Below are positions 33,032 through 47,900 of a DNA stretch of 64,000 bases, in pieces. The stretch's first letter is position 1; every line of letters begins with the position of its first letter. The notes beneath the pieces were generated by a model. The model worked only from the letters and a program-made list of their open reading frames with translations, made no database searches and had not been told where the DNA came from. Source of the DNA: Azolla caroliniana. Lineage: Eukaryota; Plantae; Polypodiophyta. The translations under genes and the position numbers were made by a program. The stretch spans positions 21,576,001 to 21,640,000 of the forward strand of contig JBHGNT010000011.1 of assembly GCA_043228905.1 (NCBI GenBank), in the 5' to 3' direction.

Positions 33032-34167
33032 ATGGCTTTTTCGACGTTACAACCTCTTTCTCGTTCTCTGTCTGCGGATTTCTCCTCCAACGCCGTTGCT
33101 CCTCGGAGTTCTATAAGATCTTCCCTTCCTGCTTTTTCTGGAGCAGACTCCTTCTCTTTCAGCAAATCTCAATTTGTTTCTCTCCATTTTTCTCAATCAC
33201 CTCCTAATTCTGGCTCAAAGATGACTCGGCCACTCAGAAAAACTTCTCTGCAGGTAATTTTATCCATCGTTAGATATGCATTTTGTATCTCTCTTAAGTG
33301 ATCCCACGGTGTTTCTTTTGCGCTGTTTTAATCTCTATTTCGAAGCATCTTCCGCAACGTCTCAGTTAACTTTTCTTATTGCTGCGTCTCAGTTAATTTT
33401 CGTGCTATTTTTGTCAGAATTTTGATCTATTTCATTCTAGCATTCTCGTACCCTTACCTTTTTATCGTTATTCTGCACCTTTTGCGTTGTTTTGTTTATC
33501 TTCTTACCATTTGTTTTCGTTTCAGCAGGTAAATGCAGCTGGAACAATTTGCTATCCGACCTCCATGACATGGTGGAAGAAAGGGAACGATTTGAGTAAT
33601 GTTCGAGAAATCAATTCTGCACAGGAGTTCAATGAATCCCTCGCTACAGCTCAAAACAAACTTGTACTTGTGGAATTCTTCTCTGTTGGATGTCGCTCGT
33701 GCAAATCCATGCATCCCAAGGTGATAAAAATTTCTGCATTCTGATTTTTAATTTTCATATTGTCGATGCAAACTTGCTCTCTCAATATTGATTTATCTAT
33801 TGAAGATCTTTTCAGTACGGAAAATATAATTTAGGCGTGTGCCTTATTTTTAACTCTACTTAACATTATCAGTTTTTTTTTTGGTAGCACCATATGTTTG
33901 AGTGCTTCTAATGGCATTATCATATTCTGCAGGTCTGTCAAATTGCAGCTGATAATCCAGACATTGAGATACTGAAGGTGAATTTCTATGACAATCATGC
34001 ACTCTGTAAGAGCCTCAATGTCAACATTCTGCCGTTCTTCCACTTCTATCGGGGTCAGGAAGGCCTGGTGGATGCTTTCTCTTGCTCATTGACAAAGGTG
34101 TGCTTTATAATTCATGCACATGCCTCCGTTTCTTTTTCTCTTTCTCTCTGTGTATGTGAATATGTAA

Positions 34168-34198
<31 letters not shown>

Positions 34199-34508
34199 GT
34201 ATGTATGTATTTATTTATTTATTTTTCTTGGTAATTATAAATATGGAAGTTCCAACATCACATTTTGTATTGTGTGCTTTCATGTCCATTAACATGAGAA
34301 TTAACGAACTTTTGTTTGTGAATTTTTTCAGATAAACAAGCTAAGAGAAGCAGTTTCAAAGTATAAGAATTGTGATCAGCAATTGAGCATTGCACATGCT
34401 CCTGGTCCAGTTGAACCGGTGAGGGACTGGAATGATCTCTTGAATGTATCAAATCCGGCAGTTGCGACATATAATCCTGCTGTGGTGACATATAGCAGCA
34501 GCAGCTAG
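33032..34508 (+). CDS. Plastid atypical thioredoxin, ACHT/Lilium type; exons 33032-33253, 33526(or 33529)-33720, 33933-34097, 34332-34508
   Basis: Ser-rich transit peptide, then WWKKG..NVREINSAQEF..LVLVEFFSVGCRSCKSMHPKVCQIA..NILPFFHFYRGQEG..FSCSLTKI. All introns are GT-AG and in phase. Confidence 0.92.
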
Positions 34509-35153
34509 TAGGACAAACTAAGAATGTAGCAGTTGGAAGGAGAAGGTACATCAGAATCAAAGCAATCAAGAATATCATAATGTCTGTGGAAGTTGGATAC
34601 ATTACCACGTCCAGTTGCTGTATATATCTGAGAATCAATCGAAGATTCCCGTCATTGTAATTGAGATGTGGAGTCGCTCAATCATGATCGTTTTTCTCTC
34701 TCTCATATAGGATTTGATCATCATTCTTTTATTGGCTTTCTAGCTATGATCTCCTTCTTCACATTGAATGCCATTATCATCATCATTCTTTTTATGCTTC
34801 AGCAGTGTAGGACTAAAACCTTGTTTGCCTAGGATGCGATGATGATCATAATTCTTTCGCTTAAGCCTATTCATGTTACCATGCAACCTTGTAAAGTTAG
34901 CTTTTTAGAGAAGATTAAAGAAAGCATCTCTTATTGTAGTTTCCAAATTACTGGTCCAGTTACTATGAGACCTTGTAAATCTTGTTCCTTAAAGAGGATT
35001 AATGAATGCACTCTTTGTTTTCAAAAGTTTTTGTTTTGAACTGTGGATAATGAATCTGAAATTGTTTCATTGTTAATCTTCAATATAATGGTAAGCCTTC
35101 TGTTCTCAGCTGTAATTAAAAACCTGTTGTATTTTTAAGGTTGAGTGCGAGGT

Positions 35154-35612
35154 TAAATCCACTGATGAAATACATATATAATTTAGCTATATTTTGGATA
35201 AAATCACCCCATTGATAAGACAATTGTAGCTTCATAGATTGATGAAAGTATTATAAGACAATTGTATCTTCATATAGTAAATAAGATGGCTCCATTATGT
35301 GATTGGTATGTAAAGAATGTTAAATCCGTTGATTAAGTATATAATGATAAAATGTAGCTCCATTCTGGATAAAATCATTCCATTGATGCAAGTATGATAA
35401 TAAAATTGTAGCTCCGTGTTGTGAATAAGATGGTTCTATTGGGTGAGTGGTAATGTAAAGAAAACGTAAAATCCATTGATGAAATATAAAATGGCAAAAT
35501 ATAGCTTTTTTGTGGATAAAATCATTCCATTGATGGAAGTAGCTCCACATTGCGAATCAGCTAGCTCCACTGTGTGATTGGTATGAAAAGAAATGTCTGA
35601 ATCCGTTGATGG
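35154..35612. repeat. Degenerate tandem repeat, ~3.5 units of ~130-165 bp
   Basis: AAATCCRTTGAT...TAGCT...GGATAAAATCAYYCCATTGAT recurs near 35154, 35320, 35467 and partially at 35599. Confidence 0.7.
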
Positions 35613-38600
35613 ATGGCTGGAACAATGGATTGATTTCAACCTCTAATTGAAACGCATTCTTCCCTTTTCCCGCATTCCCACACTTTTGTGATAAGGTTAG
35701 CTTTTTCTTTTCACTTTTTCTCGCTTTTATTTTTATGATGTGGATAAGGTTGGGTGTGTGGATTAAAGCTTTTTCTCTTTTCCCTAGATCACAGGAGAGG
35801 ATGATAGCGTGGACCAATGAAAGGAGAAGAAGAACAGCACCGTGGAAAAGCCATTGCATGGCGCGAGTCTTATATAGTATCTGTTATGGGCAAATGGCGC
35901 GCATACAATCCTATGCATTCCTTGTCTTTGCACATTCATGTAACCGAACATGAATGAGTAATTTCTGTAATTCTTCTATTACTTTTTTGTCTGCAAACTT
36001 ACCCAAGTATCCCCCTTCGATGTGATTCCTCAAAATTATTATTTTGGAAGGGGAGCCTTTATCTATCATTGACCTTTATCCGGCAAATTCATTCCCCTGG
36101 TATGAGGATGGTAGCTTTGGGGCAGATGACAACTATCGAAGTTCACTTAGCTTCAAATTTCAATATGATCTGAGTTAGTGGAGTTGTGCACAACAATATG
36201 GAAGATTCTTGCCCATGGGTAGGCTCATCGTTTATTATCAACACACATTGATAAGATATCTGTATAATTTAGTGGCATGTTTATGTAGTAGCGCAATAGA
36301 ATTCAAGAAGGTTCAATCGAAAAATGGCTTATGATGGAAACCTAAGCAGTAAGAGAACATGAAAGAGTTTAGTAAACCATGAAATGTGGTATGAAGCTAA
36401 GAAATGACACAAATTTTAAAAAACTATTAAAAAGGTATAAAAATAGTTAATGTTTATTAAAAACTATTAATACTATATGTAGATATAGAATTTTATCGAA
36501 GTATTGATGTTGTCATGTTGTAAGTGAGACAAAAAAAAGGCTTCTTCTTCATCAATACTACTATAACAAAGAGAAGATTTACTGGCGAGAGAGGCATGGG
36601 CTTGCTTGTCAAATCGTGGCATCCCCCTCATAAAATTTCTGTTATCCGCTTAATCTTTTGAAAACATATATTTTTCTCTTTGGCAATTGGCTTGGTCGTT
36701 TACACTAGAGAATCAAGATCATAAATTTCGTGCAGGTTTGATCCTTGCCATGGGCTAAGCCCCATCCAATAGATTGCAAACAATCGCCTACATACCCTAA
36801 AAACCCTCTTCCTCTCTCAAGCTCAAGTTTTGACACATAAAGTGTCCCTTAGTAAAATAGTTTGATGGAAAAGAAAAGACTCTATTGACCTCACAAAATT
36901 TGGAAAACTTCCATTTCAAAAGAATTTAAGGAAAATGACAAAACAAAAACATTGGTTATCTCTTCGGTGGGATCAAATCATGTTACATTGAGAATTCCTT
37001 TCCCACTTAAGCTAGCAATTGTTAGCTCATCCCAAAGAGATAAAATGATGTTATATTAAATTCTAAAAGCAATACAATATAATATAAAAACAAGATTTTG
37101 AGTTTGGTCAAATGTGACTAACCTTCTTGCCTCTGGATATTAAAAGAAGGTACGTGTAATCCCTCCCAATTGTCTAACATTGTCTTTGATTCTTGCTAAT
37201 CTTGCACTCCTTTTTTGGTCACATACCAATGAGTTTGTCATATAGCATTGGTTTAGATTAGTTAGTAGATGTTGCTTGTTCTTCTCTTTCATTCTAACAT
37301 TTGGGTCTTGTGTATGCTTGCTTTTTCCCTCAAAAGTTATGTACAATTTTTACTTTCTGACCCGATACGCAATTGTGGTCATGTGGTTATTATAAAATAT
37401 GCATTCATGCTAGTAGGACTTGCGGACTCATAAAAACCATTTTCAAATAGATTGGTGTATGAATTTGAACTCATGAGTCATGGTACAAACTCAACTTACA
37501 AATACACCATACATCAATTTACTTTCATGAAGCTCTAATTCTTGAACTCTTAAACATTCTCCACCACAAAGTCCATTCGAAATTTCAACATAAACCATAT
37601 AGACATTGACTACGTCTATACTTAGGATTAACTAAATAAGTGCAATTATGTCAATTTACATTGTAAAAATAAAGCTTAGCTTATTCGGCTCTTAAACATT
37701 GCAATTTGCCCATAATAACTTCGTTCACATTTTCATTTATTACCTCTACATATAGCATTAGCTCAAGAATACGTGTAAATGACATGACACATTGCCACTT
37801 CTCTGTGAATGTAGTGATGAATTAACGTTCTCTTTGTGTCCTCTAGATCTTTACATTGTGGCAAAAATTACTGATAATTCCTTTGCAAGTTGAACCTCAA
37901 CTCTATTGGGTGTGATGGGTTTACAACATTAACATTTAGTTCCGCTAAACAAAAAAATGAACAATGATGGCAATCTTAACAAAATGAATTTCAATCTAAA
38001 GATGGATCAAACTTCTCATCATTGTTGCCATTGCCTTGAGGTTACTTGTCCTCTATCAAGAGTTCTCAAATAATAAAGAAGAATCAATAGATTTTTTTTT
38101 AACTCTTAAAACATTGTCTCATACACATTTTTAATAAGGTTAAAATCTTATAAGATATAAAGTAAAACACTTATGGGTAGCTTTAGTAGCCAATGGAATG
38201 AGTCCAAAGCTTGTGAGCTGGCCATTTTAACATGAGTGGCTTCAAAAGATGGTAGAATATTTTAACCTTCTCGTGGTGATCCTCTAGTTGTCATACATAA
38301 ATAACTGAGAAAGAAGTAAAAACATTTGTGGTAGCTTGGCTAGGAGATGGGGATGCATGATGACCATTTGCTCCACATTCGTTTTCCCCTCGATACAACA
38401 TGCATGGCTTCGAAAAATGATAGAGCATTTTGACCTTGTCCACTTATACATTGCGACATGCTCCTCCCTTTGTCACATGTGAATCCGCAAGATTTGTGCC
38501 CTTGATTGGAGGAGGCCTCAAACATTGCCCTTACAATCAGTTACCACTCAGTGACCCGTAGTGTAAGCACACTCCAAGGAGTTTCTTCACATAGTAAATG

Positions 38601-38979
38601 CCCATGGAGGGGGGGGGGGGTACTCAACGCAAGGATGGCCGTGGCCCTATTGTTTTTGTAACCTTCAAGGTGGGCCCGTACCATGGTTATTGCGAGGAAT
38701 TTCTTTCATTCAAAGAGGCTAACCAATGTTGGTTGGGGTGGGGTGGGGGAGTTTGGCCATGGGGCCGATGAGACCACACAAACCGAAAATGTAACTTATT
38801 TTATACATATACATATATTTACAAAATTACACATATATACATACATACATACATTATGTATGTACGTATGTGTATGATATATATATATATATATATATAT
38901 TCATATATCATTATATGTATGTATCATGTATGTATAGAATCAGCATTCGAGAAAGAAAAGTAAGCAGATAAAGGCAGTC

Positions 38980-41900
38980 ATGGCCGTAGCTATGTCTTCT
39001 TCTTCTAATTTCCTTCTGTGCAGGGGTGTCTCTTCACTCACTTTCCTCAACCATAACGAGTTAAGGAGACCCTCTAGCAATAGTAACTCTAAGAAATGGA
39101 GAAATCGGTCTTCATCCAGTATAGTTTCTATTGATCACAGCCCAATACAACCGAGAGCGACGACGACGACGACGACAAACCTGAGCATTTTGGAGCAAGA
39201 AGAAGGAAAAGTAGAAGATGAGCAGAAATTTGATTGGCATCGTCAATGGTACCCTGTTTCAGTTCCCCATGAACTTGATAGGAAAGTTCCTAACGCTGTA
39301 AGGGTTTTGGGTAAAGACCTTGTTGTGTGGTGGGATAGGAAGGGAGAAGCTTGGCAAGTGTGGGATGATAAATGCCCACATAGGCTTGCCCCACTCTCTG
39401 AGGGTAGAATTGATGAAAAGGGAGAGCTGCAATGCTCTTACCACGGTTGGTCATTTGCTCCTTGTTCTGGAAGTTGCACACGCATCCCACAAGCTCCTCT
39501 TGATGGAAAACAGGTAAGACCCACCCAATCTATTTGATAAATGAATGATTCTAGAAATGAATAAATTGGATAAATAAATATGCTAGAGAGAGATGTAGTT
39601 GTGCGTGTTGAAGTGGAGAGTGTTTGTGCATGACATGGATTTGGATGTGTATGTGGTTATATTGATATTGAATTGCACTAAAACATCTGATATAATTAAA
39701 AGAAGAGAGAATTTGTACTGATTTCAAAAAAATAATTTGAATCTATTATTATGTGTATAGTCAATTATGGCTCATTGGATCACCACATCTTATAAATCTA
39801 AAGGAACAGAGGATTTGTATTGACTTCATAACTGGAATAATGTGCTGGTCACAACTACAAGAAAAGAGGATTTGTACTGATTTCATAAGTACAATTTGAT
39901 TCTATTATCATCCTACAGTGTGAGACATGGTTGGTTGGAGCAAAACATTTGCTACTCCTAAATGAAACTTAGAAGATTTGATGCAAAGTAATACATACCT
40001 CACTGATCCAAAACATCTGATGCATCTAAAAGTAAAAATAAACATTTGAGCAGGCCATTGCACTGTGCATGTAACCTATAATATCCATTGGTTCAACATC
40101 AATTTAATTAAAAGTGTTTTGATTGTTATCTATAGGTGTGGAAGTCACAACGTGCATGTGCATCCATTTATCCAACTGTTGAACAAGACGGAATGATATG
40201 GTTTTGGCCAGACGTGAGACCAGAATTTAAAAACATAGCTTCCTCCAAGCGACCTCCATCAATAGCTGGACTTGGAGATCCGGCATTCAAGGATGCATTA
40301 TCTTCTAGAGATCTTCCATATGAGTAATCCCCATTTCTACTTGTGTTACACATTACCTATATGGTGTTGTAGATAATGTTGAATCAATATAAGTAGAGTT
40401 TCTGATATTAGTTGGTGGATGGCAGTTATGATCACCTGATTGAAAACCTCATGGATCCTGCCCATGTACCATTTGCACATCATGGATTGCAGGTATTTCT
40501 ACAGGATTTCTTTCTTTTTTTTCTCCTAAATGGTGTGGTTATTATACAACACTATTGATACAAATTCAAGATTGCTGTTGAACATTGCACTCACTGCATC
40601 AATTGCGAATGTCAACTCATAGCGAGGGGCTTCTCTAGGATTTCTCTCTGTCTCACAACAAGCAACCTGCAAGCAAATCAGAACCCTAAGGTTCAGAAAG
40701 AAGCGCATAGTCAACAAACCAAGTCATTTGTGTGAACCATTGTGATGTGCTTGACACATGAGGTGACGAAGTTTTGGAAATCATTATGATAGACAAAGAT
40801 ACTGTTCAAACTATGCTTGGCAAACAATATTCGAGAAATTAGCTCACAATAAACAACGAACCAAGTCTTTGATGTGGACCATTGTGATGTGTTTGACACA
40901 TGAGTTAACGAAGTTTAGGCAATCATTCTGATAGTAAAAGACAGTGTTCAAACTATGCTTGGCAAACAATATTTGAGACAGTGCTCGATACACCTTTAGA
41001 TGTGTGATATAAGTTTCGATTCCAATCACTCACTAGTATCCAACAGATTTGGGAGTGCCCTAAATGAAACTAATCAAAGTTGGCAGAACATCAATCAGCC
41101 CACAACATCTCTTGGTAGGATGATGGTCCAATATAAGGCACACAATTTACACACATCGGAGGATGAATTTCTCACTAGGCCCTCTTATATGGTAATACAT
41201 CTATCCACATGTATTGTGTTGTGTGATAGGGTCACTGTGGATCTTTTCATATTAGTTAGAGATTGAGGGAGCCAGATATGCGCACATGCATTTGGAAGAA
41301 AGAATTTGCCAGTTTTGTCGTCAGGGAATGGAATTTGAAGAATATTGTTTGTTATGGTACTATTTTTTATGAAAGAGGGAGATACCATTGCCTCTTAAAG
41401 CATGGTTTTGACCCACTACACAAGGTAATGGATTATGAGCACCAATTGTACTATTTTTTATGAAAGAGTGAGTGAGAGAAAGAGTGAGCAAGCATGCCCA
41501 CTCTCTCTCACTCTTTGGTCTATGCATCAATAAACTTGAAGAAATAGTAAACAAAGCTGCAAAAGGAGGATTGAGTGGCCAAAACTCATGCATGAGTTTA
41601 TTGTAATACTCCTAATTGTTAAAGTAGACAAAATAAGCAATGATGTCAATAAAGGCAATACAAACACTTTTCCATACAAGGGGGAACCAATAAAAGTGAT
41701 GCAAAGTTTCAAATTTCTTGATGTCATTGTCCCAAATAGGTGGAATGTAAACTATGAGTCTAGACTTCAAGTGGGTTGGAATAGTTATTATATGATTGAG
41801 AATCAATGCAATCAAAGTGATACTCAAGGATAAAAAGTGAGATTGGTGGTCCAAGTGTTGCGTTATGGAGTGGAAGTGTGGGGTGGCAACATAAGGTGTA

Positions 41901-44900
41901 TGGAATGAAATAGATAAAATTAAAAAATTGTTCTTATTTAGACAATTTTGGAAAAATTCTCAACGCCTTACCTTGTTATGCTTTTACAAACAAGTGCTTG
42001 GCCCATAGAGGCACTAGACCTACGAAGAGTATACAAGTATGTCACAGAAGTCAAGAACTTGTGGGATCATATTTTGCCAAAACAATCTTGGAACGTAAGA
42101 CACAAGTTACAAAAAACTAATAAGAGCAAAATCCTCTCCTCTATCTGGGTGCTTGACATTATGAAATGGTTTAAAAGATGGCGAATAAAAGACCTATTGG
42201 AGCTCACATGTGATGTTATGAAACATGTGATCATCAAGGATGGATTAGTCAAGGCACTAAGGATGAAGTAGCAAAACCTAAAAATGTCAAAATTGAAATA
42301 TTATACTGAAAGTAAAGTTACTGGAACATATCCAATTGCATCTGACTACCCTCCATGAGCCTTGGTTCTTGTAGAGACTTAAAACTTCTTTGAATTCGCT
42401 CACACAAGTTAGGTGTTGAGGTAGCATCATGGCATTATCACCGAAATATGGATATGCAAGGTATGAAATGAAAACCATGACGAATGAATATCACTCACTT
42501 ATCACATACCCAACATTTGGAGTAATTTGTGAGAAATGTGATAAAATGTTAGATGGGCATGATAATGTAATTGTCATACTTAATTGTCCATCTAGAATGG
42601 TGAGCACATATGTCCATGCATTATTTTCACATCGAGAGATTTCACTGCAGAGTAGTAGTAACCACACTTCTTAGGAAGTAGTTACATACAAGATGATATG
42701 TTGATTTGGTCCCATCAGCCAAAATTGGCCTCTTCGTGGATGATAAAACATCTATTTTGTCCTATTCTATTGTTTTTGTCCACCATCTCATCTTATTTAC
42801 ATTTTGAATTTTAGTTAAATCAATCTGCAATGTGTTCTTTTGTCATATAACCTTATTCTATTGTAATTAGTAAATTCCCATATGTTATTAACCAGTATAA
42901 ATTGGAAAAGACTAAGTATGAATCTAGACAGTTTACATATAAATCATATAATATATCTAATAATATGGATTCTACTGTATATGACTCATATAATATCTTT
43001 AATAATATATAAATTTTAAATTTAATCTTCTTTTTGGGGGATCCAATTTTGTTTTTTCTTAAGGGACACAGAACAATCTGTTTCTTAGTTTCTTCATTGT
43101 TTCTAAAATGGTATGATGACAATGGAGATTTTGAGTATTGGGATACAATGTGCACATGGCCTGTACCAACACTATATCATGGAAATCATTGGTCTCCAGG
43201 TTTGAGGTGCCTGAGGACACCCAAATACAATTGACCCCTCATCACTACTCATCCTGAAGCTAGTATTTATGAACGTCATGATTCTAATGCCATTTTATGC
43301 ATTGAATCAAATTGTCCCAAATTGTAATGGTGGTATGATTGAAACAAAGTGAGGATTCCTTGATGGTTACAAGCCTTCATTTGGCATCATGTACTGTCTA
43401 CTAAAGTCATGTCGTGAAAATGTAAGATGAGACATCTAATCACGCATTATATCAAAGATACAAAAGCAAATATTAGATGGTTCTTGAAAATTCTCCACGA
43501 AGGAAAATAGGAAAAACTGAGTCTCTTTCTGAGCAATGCTCCAAGTTGTGAGGCAAAACATTTAAGAATTGTAACACTGTTCTTGTTTCTTACTGCTTGA
43601 ATGTTGGTGTCATTCTAAACAAATGCTTTGCAAACAAATTTAAGAAGTTTGATTCTAAGGTAATATTCATGTTTCTTACTGCTTTTATGTTGGTTTTTGG
43701 CATTGCAAGAAAGTTTGGAAGAAAGATTACAAGAAATACTAACCCATGCTTTTTAAGAATTAATTTACTGTCACCTTTCAAAGTATACAATTGATCATAG
43801 ATTCATGACAAACTAAATGCTCAAAAAGAGTTTGTTTTTGTATTTGACCTATGAAACAATAATTAAAGACTTGAGAGGTTATCACTCTATTTCTCTTTGA
43901 AGAATCGTTGTAATCTTTTCATGTATTTCACATGTACCCTATTCCTAGCTCAGAGTGAGAAAATTTAGTTTCAAAGCATTGGCAAAGTTATTGGATATTG
44001 CCTTTATATCCAATGGCACCTGACCTTGTAGGACTACCACTTTGTCCTGATGAAAGAATGTTTATGAAAAATGTCTTTATTTGGATTGATATATGACCTA
44101 ATGAAAATCCATGCCTTACAAAATGACATCTGAAGCTATGGTGAGTATTGGGGTTAAGTTAGATTGTTAACCTTCACAATCCAGGTCTTCAACTTAATGA
44201 ACCTTATTGTAATTTAAAGGAAATATTTGATGCATAAATGTTGTACAGTACCCACTTTTGGATGATATATAACGAGACAAAGTGTGTACAATGGCATTTA
44301 TTTATCTGTATGATTCTTTTGTTATCACCAGGGTAACCGGAATCGGGCAAAACCTTTGAATTATGTATTGAAAACACTAGATAAATCTGGCTACACAGGA
44401 GATGCAGAAGGTGCAGAGGCAGTCTTTACAGCTCCTTGTGTTTTTACCATCAATCGTCCTCTAGTGGTTTGTGGATTTTTTTGATCCTATATTGACATAC
44501 AATTCATCAGTTGTGTTTATTATTGTAATCCTTGCATTTTTAACACCATTTCGGCAAACTACTTTTGTATTTGTTTTGTGTTTAGAAAGATGGGGAGCAA
44601 GTCAATAAATCAACAAAGAGGATTGTTTTGGTCTTCATCTGCATTCCAGTTTCTCCCGGGCACAGCAGAGTGATATGGTCATTTCCTAGGAATTTCTCCA
44701 CATGGATCGATAATTTTATTCCTCGGTGGTTTATTCATCTGCGCCAACTGCTTGTTTTGGATTCTGACTTATATTTACTTCATGTGGCGGTAGCAACACT
44801 TCCCCTGACTTGTCATGTGGAAAAAGAAATTTATATATGATTATGTTCTCACTGGTGGGATCGATAGAGATCTTATTCTTGATCATCTTTGCATGCATGA

Positions 44901-47900
44901 CATAGGATTGTAGACAAGGAAATAGTGGAAAAGGAAATCTCTCTCTCTCTCTATATATATATATATTTATATATTTCTATTTACTTTTTTACATAGTTAT
45001 GTTCATTTTGGTGTGCTGTTCACAAAGGTGAGACAATATTTCAAGATGTAATATCTTGTTTGGTCTTATAGGCCCTTTTGGCCTTTTAAAAGACATTAGT
45101 ATATCTTTCTTTCTTTCTTTGTGTATGTGTGTGTATTAGCGAATTGTTTTCATTAGTGGAATCAATAGGAACTCATTCTTGAACCTTTTTTTTTTTTGAA
45201 TGGCAAAAGGAACGGAAGATAGAAGAATCAGGTGTGAGATGGGAGAAGGCTTGTTATGTGCCAACATCATCAGATACTTTTGTAATTACTTTCCGGAAAT
45301 GGATGAGAAACTATGCTGGTGGAGGACCAGATTGGGGTGGTAGGTATGAAAATCGTCTACCTCCAACACAGCCAAGGGAGCTACTTATGGACAGGTTTAC
45401 AATACTATACTGAAACTTGCATATGGTTATTTCTCTTGTCCCTTGTTTCCTGTTTGTGCACATCCAAATATTCTTGACACATGCCATCTCGCAAACCACT
45501 CCTGAATGTCTGAATCCAACTCAATGAAAGATATTTTGCATTTGTGGTTTTCTTTTGTAAACATCCAATCTCCCATGAAGCTAGGCCAATGAACTTTTTG
45601 AAGAACTCTAACATCTATCTATGTACAAGTAGGGTTTCTCGGAGCCTCTTAAACCCGGAGAGTCCCACAAAGATCTCTCCTGACTAAGTAGAGAGAATGT
45701 TAAATCTATCCGAGTTTCAAATCCTAGTACTTAAACTAGGAAAAGCTGGAAGAGAAACGTGAATTCCCTGTGGGTTCTAACGAGATTGACGAGCCTATGG
45801 ATTTTTTATCAACAAGAAATCGATGAGGATACTTCTTGTTATTCCGAGTAATTTCGTAACTCGTCCCTTGCGACGCAATGACGACTCTCTCCTAGATTGG
45901 AAAAATCTGTCAAGGATCCAATATTATTGAAATGTTTCCATGTATGGAGTTAGAACCCGAAACAGCAGCAGTTTTGGAACGGGCTTATTTGCATTAGCAA
46001 CTGTAACGGATGTCAGCCCAATCCGAAGGACCATGCAGTAATAGAAACTCAAAACATTTCATAGAAATCTATGATCTATGAGAATGGTCCAATTCCCCCT
46101 GCTAAAGGAATAGTGTAAATGTCCTTTAGATGTCATAGTAATGTGTGTAGTGATATCTATAATGGTCCTCAAACTGTCTCTGTGTAGCATAATTGACATA
46201 TCATCGACTCGGGGGTACACCCTATTACATGCCTATCTCTATCTCTAGCTGATGTGACAAGCTGAGGATCTGTCCAATAGTGCATCTGGATCCATAAGGC
46301 AAATGGCCATCCATTTATCCAGGACAAAAGTGACATGGAGATAGTCTTGATAGAACGCGATATTCATACATACCTCCGGCATAGGTTTGCTCCATGTCCT
46401 CCTAGGCTCTAGCTCACATCTGAGTGAGTTACCGTGAGAGACGTTGGCTGAACCATATTTGGATATTATGGCTCACATTGAAAGATTATGGTTCAAACAT
46501 TTGGTTCCATTGACTTTCCATAAAAAATGAATGACTTCATTAAAAGTTGATATTTATCCTTATCCATTATCTTCACCCGCATTTGATTGAATTCCTCACT
46601 AATACTGGCAAGAAAGCTATAGATTCAGCCCTATTCTGTAAGATTGTTGAAGATCGTCGAATCCTTCTCACATTCTGGTTTTGTTTGCCTTCAATGGTCT
46701 ATTTGACTGCATCCCAAATCTCTTCTGCAGTGGCAAAGCAAACACTTGTCACTGATTTCAAATCTTCCTTATCCCATGCAAAAAATCCTGGATCACCTTC
46801 ATGAACATGCAAAAGTACTGTATGATATCCCTAGGCAGCCCCCACCTCATGGCCCACTCCCACATGAATCCACCTTTTTTACTTCACAAAATGTAAGAAA
46901 CGCCAGTGATCGGTTACAATTTGGGAAAGCCCAAAATCATAATGGATTGATCGATGGGCACTTTATCTATACCTGTGATATCTTGCTCTTGCTCCCATTG
47001 TTAGCACTCATCGTAAATATACCTATGTTTGAAGGTTTCCCTGATAGTCCTTGTGCGTCCCTATAGATATGCAATGGGGAATGTATGCACTATATGAATC
47101 CATTTCAGAAAATTGCCTCTTTCAATGGGTTGCTGGAGGTTATGGCTAGCACATTTGGAGTAAAACAAGGGTGCCCACTATTAGCTACTCTCTTTGGTCT
47201 CTACATAGATGAGCTTTCATGTTACATAGAGAGATTTCGGCGGTTCAGGAGCATGCCTAGGAGGTCTAGTCATACATATGTTACCATATGCTGATGATAT
47301 TGTGCTGATCTCTAACTCTCTAGAGGGACTACAAAGACATCTAAACACCTTAAAGATGTATTTTGTACAGAAAAAGGTTTGCTGGTAAACATGATAAAAA
47401 AGTGATGGTGCGTAACACCACTCAAGAATGGGTAACAAGATCAGATTGTGAATACTGGTTGGGACATGAAAAGATCTCCACATACTTGGGAGCACCATTC
47501 ATAGGGCGTTGGTTCTCCTTATGGGAGGCTGCTTGTGCTTATTTTCTCATGGATATGCAACCATAGTTCTCTTAAAAGACAATGTGCACCTTTGTGGTTC
47601 CAAGACCTATGAACTAAATTGTGATTATTTGATATACTTGTCACAATAACTCTTCTCTATGGAGTACAAACTTGTGGACCGAATCTTAACAAGGGAAAGG
47701 ACTAGAAAGATTTAGAGAGATTATTAGTCTCAATGCTTACCCGCATGATAAGAAACAAACCATCAGTTATCCAAATCCAAACAGAGATATGACCAAATGT
47801 GTTGAGTCCCATTTTCCAAAACATTTTTTGATATCTTGCATCCAATTGGAATATAAAGTTTTGCTTCTATGTGTCTTTTGGATCTTTTTCCTTGCTTCCC

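Noticed and set aside
36684-36760. tRNA/SINE-like A- and B-box pattern
   Set aside because: The boxes are too degenerate and there is no cloverleaf, tail or TSD.
46200-47030. Possible captured gene or transposase fragment in PTC52 intron 6
   Set aside because: Short open stretches on both strands with no motif I can identify.
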